Source: a virus
Taxonomy: Duplodnaviria > Heunggongvirae > Uroviricota > Caudoviricetes
Virus record (IMG/VR): IMGVR_UViG_3300037088_000797
Span: 1-64,000 of that record
Strand: one strand, 5' to 3'
Length of the DNA: 64,000 nucleotides
The position numbers were made by a program, and so were the translations under genes. Position 1 is the first letter of the stretch. The number at the start of each line of letters is the position of its first letter. Under the pieces are notes generated by a model that saw nothing but the letters and a program-made list of their open reading frames with translations, was not told where the DNA came from and ran no database searches. Below are positions 46,444 through 56,015 of this stretch, piece by piece.

Positions 46444-47088
46444 ATGAAAAAAATTATGTTATTGTTGATAATTCTTGTTTCTACATTTTTCATTAATGGA
46501 AGCTATACTTCTGCAGATAATGCAGGAATGAATAATCCTCTTATTGAAAAATTTAAGAGACAATATTATCTTGAAAACATGGTTAAGGAAATTGAGGCTG
46601 AATCTGAACTAAAAATTCCTAACTATGTTGATATGAAATACATTGAGTATATGTATGATTTGGGTAAAAAACTTGAAATACCCACAAGATTAACATTTAG
46701 ACTTGTATTTAAAGAATCAAGTTTCATTGATACTGTTAAATCTTGTGAAGGTGCTGAAGGTTTTATGCAATTAATGCCAGAGACAGAAGAATTATATGCA
46801 AATGCACTTCGAGTAGATACACTTCACCTTGATGTTAATCAAGAAAATATCTATATTGGTCTTAATATGTTAAAAGACCTGTATAATTATTGGAATAATG
46901 ATAAGGGTAAACCAGAATCTTATGCTTGGAAACTCAGCCTTGCCAGTTATAATGCAGGTATTGGTAAAGTACTTAAATATAATGGCATTCCACCATATAA
47001 AGAAACTCTGAAATATATTGAATTTATATTGAGAGAACATTCACTTAATACAATTAATAACGACATAAATTACTTAGCAATAAAATAG
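46444..47088 (+). CDS. lytic transglycosylase (SLT domain) with signal peptide
   Basis: ESSFIDTVKSCEGAEGFMQLMPET matches SLT catalytic E-S...G.MQ block; N-terminal signal. Confidence 0.7.
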   Translation: MKKIMLLLIILVSTFFINGSYTSADNAGMNNPLIEKFKRQYYLENMVKEIEAESELKIPNYVDMKYIEYMYDLGKKLEIPTRLTFRLVFKESSFIDTVKSCEGAEGFMQLMPETEELYANALRVDTLHLDVNQENIYIGLNMLKDLYNYWNNDKGKPESYAWKLSLASYNAGIGKVLKYNGIPPYKETLKYIEFILREHSLNTINNDINYLAIK

Positions 47089-47089
47089 T

Positions 47090-47395
47090 ATGAAAACACA
47101 AATACAGTCAATTCATGAAGAAACTTATTCTGATGGTAGCAAAACATTAGGTGTTCTTTTAAATTATAATGAAGATCAGACATTCAAAGAAAGTTTCACA
47201 TTTATTTTTAACACCGAAAAGAAAATGTATATCTTCTTTAGCACTATCATAGACATGATCGATTATCTCATGTATGGTGAAATGCAAGGCAAAACCAAGG
47301 TGAAAAGAGCATATATGGAAGAAGCTGAATTTGATCAATATTATGATGCTGATAACATCAATGCTAAGTTCACAGAAATATTAAAATGGGTCTAA
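47090..47395 (+). CDS. hypothetical protein
   Basis: 101 aa ORF. Confidence 0.4.
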   Translation: MKTQIQSIHEETYSDGSKTLGVLLNYNEDQTFKESFTFIFNTEKKMYIFFSTIIDMIDYLMYGEMQGKTKVKRAYMEEAEFDQYYDADNINAKFTEILKWV

Positions 47396-47628
47396 TTTCA
47401 CGCATTTCGGTATTTATAGGTATGAATACCGAAATGCATTTTAGAACAAAACTTTACTGGAATAACTTATCTAAGGATGATAGACTGGAATTATTGCAAA
47501 AATACAACTTTTGGGGTGGTTTTAGCGATTATCTGTATGATTATATACCAGAAGACCTTAAAGAAGTAATATCGCTTAAAATCGATTTAAAGGATGAAAT
47601 TGACGAGAAATCTACAATGATCTCTTAA
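47386..47628 (+). CDS. hypothetical protein
   Basis: 80 aa ORF; 3' end overlaps convergent patatin gene. Confidence 0.35.
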   Translation: MGLISRISVFIGMNTEMHFRTKLYWNNLSKDDRLELLQKYNFWGGFSDYLYDYIPEDLKEVISLKIDLKDEIDEKSTMIS

Positions 47629-48553
47629 TTGGTAAAAAAACCTCTACTCTGTTTTTGTCAAAGGCAGTATTATAACCTTCTTCCCACCATGCAAGCATTT
47701 CTTCTTGATTAAATACCATTGAACTTCTGCTTAACCTTCTTGGTAACCAATATATGGTAACTTTTGCACCTTGTTTGTTAAGTCTTTTTATTCTTTCATA
47801 AAAATATTCATGTTCAATATCGTAACGTGTTGCCGAAATATTCGTAATAACATTTTCAATAATATTATTGATTTTATTTCCTTCAGATTTTTCATCTATA
47901 CGTGCTCGATGCAACACTATATCGATCTCTTTGAAACCTTTCATCATTAATTGATCTATGCCAATTAAATCTGATATTCCACCATTACTCCATTGACCAA
48001 CATGAAAACTACCAGTGTTATTATTCCAACCCATATTCACTAAAGAAGTAAAAAATGGAAAATTGGCACTACACCACATCCAGTCTTTAAACTCTTCAAG
48101 TTCAATATCTGCAGAACTAAAATAATGAATTCTTGAAGGTACTTGTGAGTAATTCTGTGCACCCACGAGAATTTCTTTATTTAAAATTCTTAATTCATCA
48201 AAAATTTCTTGGGGAAAAAATTTATCGATTGTATTTCTTAAGACATTAGATGTACGTACAGATTTTTGATTTAATAATAAACTTGTTATTACGGCAAATT
48301 TATTTATTTTACCTTTTTTATTTAAAGGCATTGGCTTGTACCAACATTTGTCAAACACATCCTCATTCTTTATTGAGGTATATCTTGTTTTAAGTATTTC
48401 CCATTCTTTTACTGCCGTAAACGGTCCTAAAAGATTTCCTGTTGATACTCCAACAATAGTATCATAATCCTCATTAATTCTTGCAAGTGTACCACCACCA
48501 AACGCTCCCCAGCTACCACCCCCTGAAATTAATAATGCACGTTTAGAACTCAT
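47612..48553 (-). CDS. patatin-like phospholipase
   Basis: Glycine-rich oxyanion motif ISGGGSWGAFGGG and nucleophile elbow GVSTG (GxSxG). Confidence 0.7.
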   Translation of the reverse strand: MSSKRALLISGGGSWGAFGGGTLARINEDYDTIVGVSTGNLLGPFTAVKEWEILKTRYTSIKNEDVFDKCWYKPMPLNKKGKINKFAVITSLLLNQKSVRTSNVLRNTIDKFFPQEIFDELRILNKEILVGAQNYSQVPSRIHYFSSADIELEEFKDWMWCSANFPFFTSLVNMGWNNNTGSFHVGQWSNGGISDLIGIDQLMMKGFKEIDIVLHRARIDEKSEGNKINNIIENVITNISATRYDIEHEYFYERIKRLNKQGAKVTIYWLPRRLSRSSMVFNQEEMLAWWEEGYNTAFDKNRVEVFLPIKRSL

Positions 48554-48575
48554 ATTATGTCGTTTTAAATAAATA

Positions 48576-48611
48576 CAAAAAAAAATAAAGTAAGCTACTA
48601 TGACTTACTTT
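48576..48611 (-). terminator. putative intrinsic terminator (minus strand)
   Basis: AAAGTAAG-9nt-CTTACTTT stem; A-run upstream on plus strand gives U-tract on minus transcript. Confidence 0.45.
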
Positions 48612-48639
48612 ATTTCAGATAATAATATGAAAACAAAAA

Positions 48640-49491
48640 TTACACTTGTCTCATTTCATTCATGAGTTGAATTACAAGATTTGTTTGAGTTGCTGACTGC
48701 AATGACACAAAATCCAATGCCTTTTTGGGGTCAGTTTCTACTGTTGCCCAATATTCTTTAGATAGATCAGCATGTGTTTCAAGACTAACACTCTTTTTAA
48801 GTCCAAGAAAATCTGCAATTAACATTAATGGACTGTATTCAAAACCATTGAATTTCCATACATTAACGGTGTCAATTATACCAGACTCCCAAGGTTTAAT
48901 GTTCAATGCTCTTTTTAAAAGATAAGGAAGAGATTTAATCGTTTGATATTTGCCCCTGTTTACAATGAACCTTTTAATTAAAAGAGGTATGTCATAAGAA
49001 ATAATATTATGACCGCACAATATTGAAAACACTTGTGGAGTTGATTGTGAATCATCACTTGAAATTTCAGTAAGTAATGCCATGAATTGTTCGATCACCA
49101 TAGCTTCATCATCGCTTACTATTTTTTTTAAATGTCTCTTCACTTCTCCATTCTCAGTGTATAGAGTTGCATATGATATTGCAACGATTCTGACAAACTC
49201 AGGATGCATAACTGCATTTTCTTCATAAATTTTCTGTCCATATACTGCAGTTTCATCAGTCATAGTCCCTGCAACAGCATGTATAACATCCAAGTCAAAA
49301 GCATGTTTGACTTTAGAAAGATATTTCCAACGTTCATACATTTGTGGATTGTTAACTTTAAGAAGATCGAGAGTAGGATAGATTAAAACTGCCTTAATAT
49401 TAAAAAACAGCATCCCGAATACTCTTTGTTTATGAAATACGTCATCAAATAGTGCCATAAATAAATTTTTTAATTGATTAATTGTACGCAA
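48640..49491 (-). CDS. hypothetical protein, possible DEDD-type exonuclease
   Basis: GHNIISYDIPLL (Exo II-like) and HADLSKEYWATVETD (Exo III-like); Exo I not convincingly identified. Confidence 0.35.
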   Translation of the reverse strand: MRTINQLKNLFMALFDDVFHKQRVFGMLFFNIKAVLIYPTLDLLKVNNPQMYERWKYLSKVKHAFDLDVIHAVAGTMTDETAVYGQKIYEENAVMHPEFVRIVAISYATLYTENGEVKRHLKKIVSDDEAMVIEQFMALLTEISSDDSQSTPQVFSILCGHNIISYDIPLLIKRFIVNRGKYQTIKSLPYLLKRALNIKPWESGIIDTVNVWKFNGFEYSPLMLIADFLGLKKSVSLETHADLSKEYWATVETDPKKALDFVSLQSATQTNLVIQLMNEMRQV

Positions 49492-49522
49492 ATATATAGT
49501 AAAAAAACCTAACTTACAAGGA

Positions 49523-49873
49523 TTATAAATTAAATATAAAATGAAAAATTTTACTAATAAAGGATTGTTTTTCTATTTTAAGTTCATTGTAGATGTCCTG
49601 TACGTCATTATAAGTATAACCAATTAATTCTTCTTTGGTATACTTCTCGTCACAATGTCTTAATATATAGGGAATTAATTTTTGGCTTTTAAGTGCCTGA
49701 TTTCTTTTTTTTCTTTCGATTTCTTTGACGAGATTATCGGCAACTTCCTGAATTTCACGAGCAGTTAAATTCTTTTTTCTTCTGGTGTCATCTTCCAAAT
49801 ATTCAGAAAATGCTTTATAGTCTTTGTCATCATCATCCGAATCGATTGATAATATACTCTTATCGATTGCCAT
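49523..49873 (-). CDS. hypothetical protein
   Basis: 116 aa ORF. Confidence 0.4.
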   Translation of the reverse strand: MAIDKSILSIDSDDDDKDYKAFSEYLEDDTRRKKNLTAREIQEVADNLVKEIERKKRNQALKSQKLIPYILRHCDEKYTKEELIGYTYNDVQDIYNELKIEKQSFISKIFHFIFNL

Positions 49874-49878
49874 AAATA

Positions 49879-50415
49879 TTAATTGAGTTCAGTTGGGGGA
49901 ATTGAAGTTGTTTCAGTTGTACCGCTTGTGGTGACAGTTGTTGCAGCTTTTTCAGCTTCCATTTCAGCTTTGGTTCTTCTATGTCTTTTCTTTTCTTCAC
50001 TTTCAGGACGTAAGTTTTTTTCAAAATCTGCATTACGATCATTAAAAGAATCTGCTCTCATTTTGTCAAGTTCTACGTAGTATGCTTTAACCTCTTTTTC
50101 AAGATTTTCTTTCATTGCAGACATCTTGTCGGTGAATTCTTTTTCTTTTTCTGCAATTTTCTTATTGGTTTCCATTATAATGCCAACAAATGAAATAAGA
50201 TCATCAATAACAATATCTGGATTCTTGGGACTGATTTTGATTATTTTTCCGCCCTCTACTTCATTGAGTACTTCACATTTTATTTCTTTATTTTCGTTGA
50301 AAACCCATCCTTTTGGTATACCAATTTGCATTTCATACCATCCTTCCATAGCGTTACGTGTAATGGAGATTAAATATCCAGTAATAGGTTCTAAGAGTGC
50401 TTCAATTGTCTTCAT
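49879..50415 (-). CDS. hypothetical protein
   Basis: 178 aa ORF. Confidence 0.45.
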   Translation of the reverse strand: MKTIEALLEPITGYLISITRNAMEGWYEMQIGIPKGWVFNENKEIKCEVLNEVEGGKIIKISPKNPDIVIDDLISFVGIIMETNKKIAEKEKEFTDKMSAMKENLEKEVKAYYVELDKMRADSFNDRNADFEKNLRPESEEKKRHRRTKAEMEAEKAATTVTTSGTTETTSIPPTELN

Positions 50416-50419
50416 TATT

Positions 50420-50620
50420 TTAATTAATTATATATGATAAAAAAGTTGCTAATGATAACCAAAGCATGATTTTTTCTGCTATTGATAATTCAAAAGTAAC
50501 TGTAGTTTGTTTCAAAGCAAATCTTCCATACATTTTTATAAATAAACCACCAAAGATATATATTATAAAGATGATGGAAGAAATGAATAACCACTGATAT
50601 ATTTCAGCTATTATTGTCAT
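50420..50620 (-). CDS. small membrane protein (holin-like)
   Basis: 66 aa, two TM helices. Confidence 0.35.
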   Translation of the reverse strand: MTIIAEIYQWLFISSIIFIIYIFGGLFIKMYGRFALKQTTVTFELSIAEKIMLWLSLATFLSYIIN

Positions 50621-50623
50621 TTG

Positions 50624-50905
50624 TTATTCGCCAAAGGTTTGTCCCGGATGTACAACTGCTGGTTGTGCTGCTGCTGCAGGTGCTACTGCTGGTGCTGCAA
50701 CTACTGCAGGTGCATCAGGAAAATATTGATTAGCTAACCCAAGCTGTCCGTTCAAAACTGCAATTCTTTCAAGTTTGAATGCCATATTGATGATTTTTTC
50801 TTCATAATTCATGTTTGGGTCTGCTGCAAGACGACCTAACTCAAGTTCTGCATAATATTTTTCAGTGCCTAACTTATTCATAAGGTCTTGTTTAACGTTT
50901 GCCAT
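50624..50905 (-). CDS. hypothetical protein with Ala/Pro-rich C-terminus
   Basis: Track ORF 50624-50974; likely ATG at 50905 (MANVKQ...). Confidence 0.4.
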   Translation of the reverse strand: MANVKQDLMNKLGTEKYYAELELGRLAADPNMNYEEKIINMAFKLERIAVLNGQLGLANQYFPDAPAVVAAPAVAPAAAAQPAVVHPGQTFGE

Positions 50906-50980
50906 AATTTTTTTTAATTTAAATAATATTATTTTTGTGCTCGTAAAAATAGCGAATATAAATACAACATGCAAGAGTTT

Positions 50981-51418
50981 TTAAACAATCTCTAATATAT
51001 TTTTTTCCAGATTGATAGACTTATCGAACACATTATAAATTTCAACAAGAAGATTTAGTACATTTTTGTTTTTCTGTTTATCAATTTCGAAAATACCTTT
51101 CCAGAATCTTTCATAGTATTCAATTGAAGTATTTTGATTCATGTTATTTTTGTCGATCTTGTAGAACTGGTGGTAATAGTAATCGTAAAAATATTTTCTT
51201 AAATCATTGTTTTTTCTAAAGTCAAGTCCTTCTAATAAAAATTCATCACATACCTTATAAAAACACCATGTGTAATGATTATATATGTCTTCATCCTTAC
51301 TCAAAGTTTCTTTATCAAGATAATAATTATAGATATAATATAAGAGATTCAATGCGAAATCTCTATATATTTCCACCCTATTGTTAATTATCTGAAATCT
51401 TTGAGTAACATTAGCCAT
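50981..51418 (-). CDS. hypothetical protein
   Basis: 145 aa ORF. Confidence 0.4.
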   Translation of the reverse strand: MANVTQRFQIINNRVEIYRDFALNLLYYIYNYYLDKETLSKDEDIYNHYTWCFYKVCDEFLLEGLDFRKNNDLRKYFYDYYYHQFYKIDKNNMNQNTSIEYYERFWKGIFEIDKQKNKNVLNLLVEIYNVFDKSINLEKNILEIV

Positions 51419-52105
51419 TTAAAATGAGTTATAAAAATCTTTCTTCATTATGTTTAAATCAATATCTCCTGTATAGCCACCTGTTTGTCCTTTTTCGGTA
51501 AATTGCCAAATTTTCCAGTCACTCCATCCACTTGGTATTAGCGGTAAACTAACTTCAGGATTATTGAGATATGCTGCCATCCATAAAGGATATGTACCAA
51601 ATGCTGGTGTTATATTTGTATCGACAAAACTTTTATATGAATAAAATATTGCTTTAATATTCTTTGCTTTTAACCCATTAAAAAAAGCAGTTACAAATCT
51701 TGTCATATGATCTACTTTTTCAGCATCTTTCCATATAAGTTCTGTTGAATATGATTCTATGTCAAGAACAAGCGGTAAATTAGCTGTGGGTAGAAAACCA
51801 ATATGACTTAAAACATTTCCAAGTTCTTCATTAGCATCTGCTTCAGGGTCATCTACGTTACCGGGGCGTGCAAAGTGATAATAACCTACTTTCACAGCAT
51901 TTTTCTGTGCTGATAATACTCTTGCTTTTAAATTATAGAGATTATCTTCATGTCCTGTTGTGCCTTCCGTTATTTTTACGAAAGCAAAATCAATTCCTGC
52001 TGCTTTTGCAGCACTCCAATTGATGTCTACCTGATATTTTGAACAGTCAAGACCTAAAACGCAATTTAAGGCTTGTAATCTTTGTTTTGAAATATTTGTT
52101 ACCAT
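51419..52105 (-). CDS. GH25 muramidase (endolysin candidate)
   Basis: GLDCSKYQ..INWSAAKAAGIDFAFVKITEG and GDIDLNIM match glycoside hydrolase family 25 blocks. Confidence 0.75.
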   Translation of the reverse strand: MVTNISKQRLQALNCVLGLDCSKYQVDINWSAAKAAGIDFAFVKITEGTTGHEDNLYNLKARVLSAQKNAVKVGYYHFARPGNVDDPEADANEELGNVLSHIGFLPTANLPLVLDIESYSTELIWKDAEKVDHMTRFVTAFFNGLKAKNIKAIFYSYKSFVDTNITPAFGTYPLWMAAYLNNPEVSLPLIPSGWSDWKIWQFTEKGQTGGYTGDIDLNIMKKDFYNSF

Positions 52106-52198
52106 AGCATTCTCTTTTACCCATAAATACTTACAAATAATTATGGGGTACTAATTAAATTAATACCCCACAAATGTAATAAATTTTTTTTAAATTAG

Positions 52199-52567
52199 CT
52201 AATAATATTTTGCTTCTAAAGCATCATATTCATTACTATTTACACCAAGTTCTTTTCTAATCTTTCGAATTCTCAAATTATTAAAAATTACTGCGCTGAA
52301 AAGATACAATACAAGTGCAGCTAATATAATTGAATATGGTATTATAAATATTCCCACAATGTGTATCGATAAATTTAATATTGTTGCAATCATCCCAAGT
52401 AAAAACAATCCACCAAGAATACCAACAACTGTGTTTTTAACGCCAAAGTCTTTTCTTTCTGTTGATTTTGAAAAATACTTATATGCAAATTTAATCCAAT
52501 TACTTGGCATGTGATTATCATATGCTATATCAAACTGTTCTTTGGTTATTGTTTTCCAATCACTCAT
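52199..52567 (-). CDS. membrane protein (holin candidate)
   Basis: 122 aa with two TM helices, immediately upstream of GH25 lysozyme gene. Confidence 0.4.
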   Translation of the reverse strand: MSDWKTITKEQFDIAYDNHMPSNWIKFAYKYFSKSTERKDFGVKNTVVGILGGLFLLGMIATILNLSIHIVGIFIIPYSIILAALVLYLFSAVIFNNLRIRKIRKELGVNSNEYDALEAKYY

Positions 52568-55500
52568 TATAGTTTTATACCTTTAGTGTCAATATAATTT
52601 TTTGTGTTATAGCCAGTTAAATGTTTCATTTTTTCAAACTGTTCATTTATTGGACTCTTTTTGCCTTTCTGTTCATTTTCATTCAATTTCTGAACAGGAT
52701 TCTTCAGTGCAAATACTTTCTTGCCGTCAGTAAAGAATTTATTTTCATTCATTGCTTTAACTGCGCTTTCATTAACACTAACCCTTTGTGTATATGTATT
52801 TCCAAGACCTTCAAGGCTTACTTCATATAATGCTGGTGTTGCTTCTTTTATTTCAACAACTTCATTTAAATTGAAATCGATGATAGCTCTTTTACCAAGA
52901 GCATTGAAGAATTTACCAGTTATCATACCTTCTTTAAGACCTTCTCTTTCGTTCCAACCAGATTTTTCTTTATCAAATTCTGCTCTTACGGCTTTTGTGT
53001 CTTGAATAGGTGCAGCAACTTTATTATACATAGGTGCTTTACCTTTGAAAGCAAGTTGTTTCTGTCTCATTTCATAAATGTCGTCACCCATATCGGCTTT
53101 CATGCGTTTTTCGAATGCTTCATTTGGTTTATTATCATAATCCAAGCTATGCTGACCATTACGATACATATTAACCTCTTCTTGTTCTGCAGTGGTTAAA
53201 TTACGTTTTGGTATTTCGTCACCTTTAAAGTTAGCTGAATCACCAACATTTTTAAGTGCTTCACCGCTTTTTGCATCAGTTGCCTTAATTTCTTCATTTT
53301 CAAGGTCTGCACCTAATTTCTGTGGGTCTTCAGGAACATCAGTTTGCTGATCTTTCCACTCTAATTCTTTTTCAACATTAATAATTTCTTTTGTATCGCT
53401 GTTACTGAAGTCTTTCTTAAAATTAGCTTTGTTTTCATCACCAAGACGATCTTTCAAGATCAATGATGATGGTTTTTTATCTTCACTCATTTTCATTAAT
53501 TTTTTATGGTGAACTGCATATGCATTCAGTTCGTTATCTAATTCTTCTAATAATTTAATGTCTGATTCATTCATTGGACTACCACCACCAGTACTCTGCA
53601 TACCTGTTGGTACATTTCCATTAGGACTAATTGGAGTAGTAGGTGTCATTTTGTTTGACATTGATGTTGGACTATCCGCAATTATTGTGCTGTCAGTTTC
53701 ATCAACCTTTTCAGGTAATCCTTTATGTTTCGTAGATGCAAAATCTTCAACATCTTTAGGTTTCATCGTTTTTGCAATATCTTTTGAAGCACCCTTAAGT
53801 TTGCTCATTGGTATTTCTCCTTTTTGAGCAGCATGTGCTATACCCATCGCTTGCTGTTGTGCAATTGATGTTGATTTTTCTTGTATTTGTTTACTTTCTT
53901 CCATAGTTTGTAAATTTGCTTTATCTGGGTCGCCAGTTTGTAATGTATTCATTTCTACTTCTGCATCTGCATCGTCCCAATTTTTTATTGTATCACTTGT
54001 AAATGCACTGGTTTTATTAACCATATCATCATTGGCAGCTTTTCTACCTGTCATATCAATTTTATCCCATGTGCCAACTGGAGTTTTTGGTAGTTTTGAT
54101 GCGATACCATCAGCTTGCATTTCAGGTATTTTATTATCCTGATGTGGGATAAGTGTATGTGGTTCTGTCATATCCTGATGAAAAATTTCAACATCAGCAT
54201 CTGGACTGTGTTGAAGGTCTTGACCAAGAAATAACATTGTGTTATCTTCAATTTCTTTTATTTTATTTGTACGTTCTGAACTTTGTGGCATTTCACTAAC
54301 ACCTAATCCTTTATTACTTTCTGAATGTGTTTGTTTATAATTTTGTCCAAGTTGACGATTAAAATTTTCAGCATCTTCATTCAACATATCAACATATTTT
54401 TCAAAACCATCTGGTTCAATAAGATAATTACTTTCTTGAATAATTGTACCACCCTTTATTTGTGGTTTTGTTTTTACTGGTGCTTTGCCTTTAGCATTCA
54501 TAAGGTCACCTGAACCCCATGCTGAAGGTGTATAGTAAGGACCTGAACCGCTTTCGCCATTGCCTGATGCACCTGCACCACCAACAGTACCGCTACCGCC
54601 ACCAGTGCCAGTCATTTCATTTAACATATTACCATTATCATCAATTAAATTCATATTACCATGATCTGAAACGAACCAAGTATTAGGAAACCAATTATTT
54701 GCTTGTTTCCATGCTTTTACTGCAGCGAGTGCATCGTCCATTTCTTGAAATTCTTTTACAAATTTACCATTACAACTTACAGAATATTTAAAACCGTTTG
54801 ATTCAATATAACAATCGTCATCTTGAGGTTCGTCTGCAGCTTCTGCATCAACATTTGCTTCAGGCTTGCCTTTCATCATTGTAAATTCGGCAATAGGTTT
54901 TCTTTGAACTGCACCAAGTGCTGGAGCAAATGCGCCTGAACTTGCTGAACCAGTTTCTTCATTAACACCGTTAATCACTTCAAGATTATAACCAAGACTC
55001 TCAAGTTCTGCTTTTAATGGAGCATATTCTTCTGGAGTAGCAGGTCTGCTTTCTTTAGCATATGCTGGATGGGCAGATGAATGCTGTCCTACATGAGAAT
55101 AAGCTGTCCTGAAATCTCCATGATGTACTTCATCTGGAAAATAAGCAAATAAATCAGGATTTTCAGGGTCTTTTTCATTAACTAAAAACTCTACTCTTGT
55201 AATTGGTTCTTCGTTCTCTGCAACCACTGGTTTTAAGCCAGATGGGGCGAGTGTCTGTGGTTTAATATCGGTTTTATGCTGCATGGTTTCTTCTCCCGCT
55301 TTTTTTAATTGATTAATACCGCTTGCGTCCCTACGTTTCTTTTCTTTGGGAATTGCTTGCTTGTATTTCTGTAAATACTTCGGACTATTAAGAACGTAGT
55401 CATTAAATAACATATTTTGAATAGTTTCATTATAATGATAACCATATTTTTCTTCACCGTTCTCAGCCATTTCATCATATTTTGCAGACAATTTAGGGTC

Positions 55501-55737
55501 TGAAAATACAAGTGCTTCCATCTTAGCCAAGCTAAAAATCTTTTTCTTTAATGACTGTTCTGCTTCGCTCAATAAACCATCAGTTTCGTTTAATTTAATA
55601 CCCATTTGATTATTAATTTTCTTGGTATTCCTTTGAAAATTAGCACCAAACTCAGTAGGTTTACTTAATGTCGGTTTAAAATTAGTTTCTTCGTTCATTA
55701 TTTTATATCGCTTTTCCAGAAATCTTTCTTCTGCCAT
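52567..55737 (-). CDS. large acidic low-complexity protein
   Basis: 1056 aa, Gly/Ser-rich tract TGTGGGSGTVGGAGASGNGESGSG, no recognisable catalytic motif. Confidence 0.5.
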   Translation of the reverse strand: MAEERFLEKRYKIMNEETNFKPTLSKPTEFGANFQRNTKKINNQMGIKLNETDGLLSEAEQSLKKKIFSLAKMEALVFSDPKLSAKYDEMAENGEEKYGYHYNETIQNMLFNDYVLNSPKYLQKYKQAIPKEKKRRDASGINQLKKAGEETMQHKTDIKPQTLAPSGLKPVVAENEEPITRVEFLVNEKDPENPDLFAYFPDEVHHGDFRTAYSHVGQHSSAHPAYAKESRPATPEEYAPLKAELESLGYNLEVINGVNEETGSASSGAFAPALGAVQRKPIAEFTMMKGKPEANVDAEAADEPQDDDCYIESNGFKYSVSCNGKFVKEFQEMDDALAAVKAWKQANNWFPNTWFVSDHGNMNLIDDNGNMLNEMTGTGGGSGTVGGAGASGNGESGSGPYYTPSAWGSGDLMNAKGKAPVKTKPQIKGGTIIQESNYLIEPDGFEKYVDMLNEDAENFNRQLGQNYKQTHSESNKGLGVSEMPQSSERTNKIKEIEDNTMLFLGQDLQHSPDADVEIFHQDMTEPHTLIPHQDNKIPEMQADGIASKLPKTPVGTWDKIDMTGRKAANDDMVNKTSAFTSDTIKNWDDADAEVEMNTLQTGDPDKANLQTMEESKQIQEKSTSIAQQQAMGIAHAAQKGEIPMSKLKGASKDIAKTMKPKDVEDFASTKHKGLPEKVDETDSTIIADSPTSMSNKMTPTTPISPNGNVPTGMQSTGGGSPMNESDIKLLEELDNELNAYAVHHKKLMKMSEDKKPSSLILKDRLGDENKANFKKDFSNSDTKEIINVEKELEWKDQQTDVPEDPQKLGADLENEEIKATDAKSGEALKNVGDSANFKGDEIPKRNLTTAEQEEVNMYRNGQHSLDYDNKPNEAFEKRMKADMGDDIYEMRQKQLAFKGKAPMYNKVAAPIQDTKAVRAEFDKEKSGWNEREGLKEGMITGKFFNALGKRAIIDFNLNEVVEIKEATPALYEVSLEGLGNTYTQRVSVNESAVKAMNENKFFTDGKKVFALKNPVQKLNENEQKGKKSPINEQFEKMKHLTGYNTKNYIDTKGIKL

Positions 55738-55904
55738 AACACTCTGACAACTGCCTCCATTGCATTTTTAATAGTACCGATCATTTCGTCTCTGGTTTTA
55801 CTATTATTGCTATGAAGTATTCTTTTAATTTCTTTATCAAGATTGTCATTAACGAATTTCCTTATTTCATCATTAACAACCTTTTCTACATCAGTTTTCT
55901 CCAT
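55698..55904 (-). CDS. hypothetical protein
   Basis: 68 aa ORF. Confidence 0.35.
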   Translation of the reverse strand: MEKTDVEKVVNDEIRKFVNDNLDKEIKRILHSNNSKTRDEMIGTIKNAMEAVVRVLWQKKDFWKSDIK

Positions 55905-55940
55905 GTTATTTTATCTGTTGTTTATAAATACTTAGCTGGC

Positions 55941-55980
55941 GCAAAAAGAAAGAACGCATACCATATTTAATATGCGTTCT
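55941..55980 (-). terminator. intrinsic terminator (minus strand)
   Basis: Perfect 10-bp stem AGAACGCATA/TATGCGTTCT with 10-nt loop; GCAAAAAGAA on plus gives U-rich tract on minus transcript. Confidence 0.6.
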
Positions 55981-56015
55981 CGTTGATATAAACTGTCCCC
56001 CTCTTACGGAGTATA

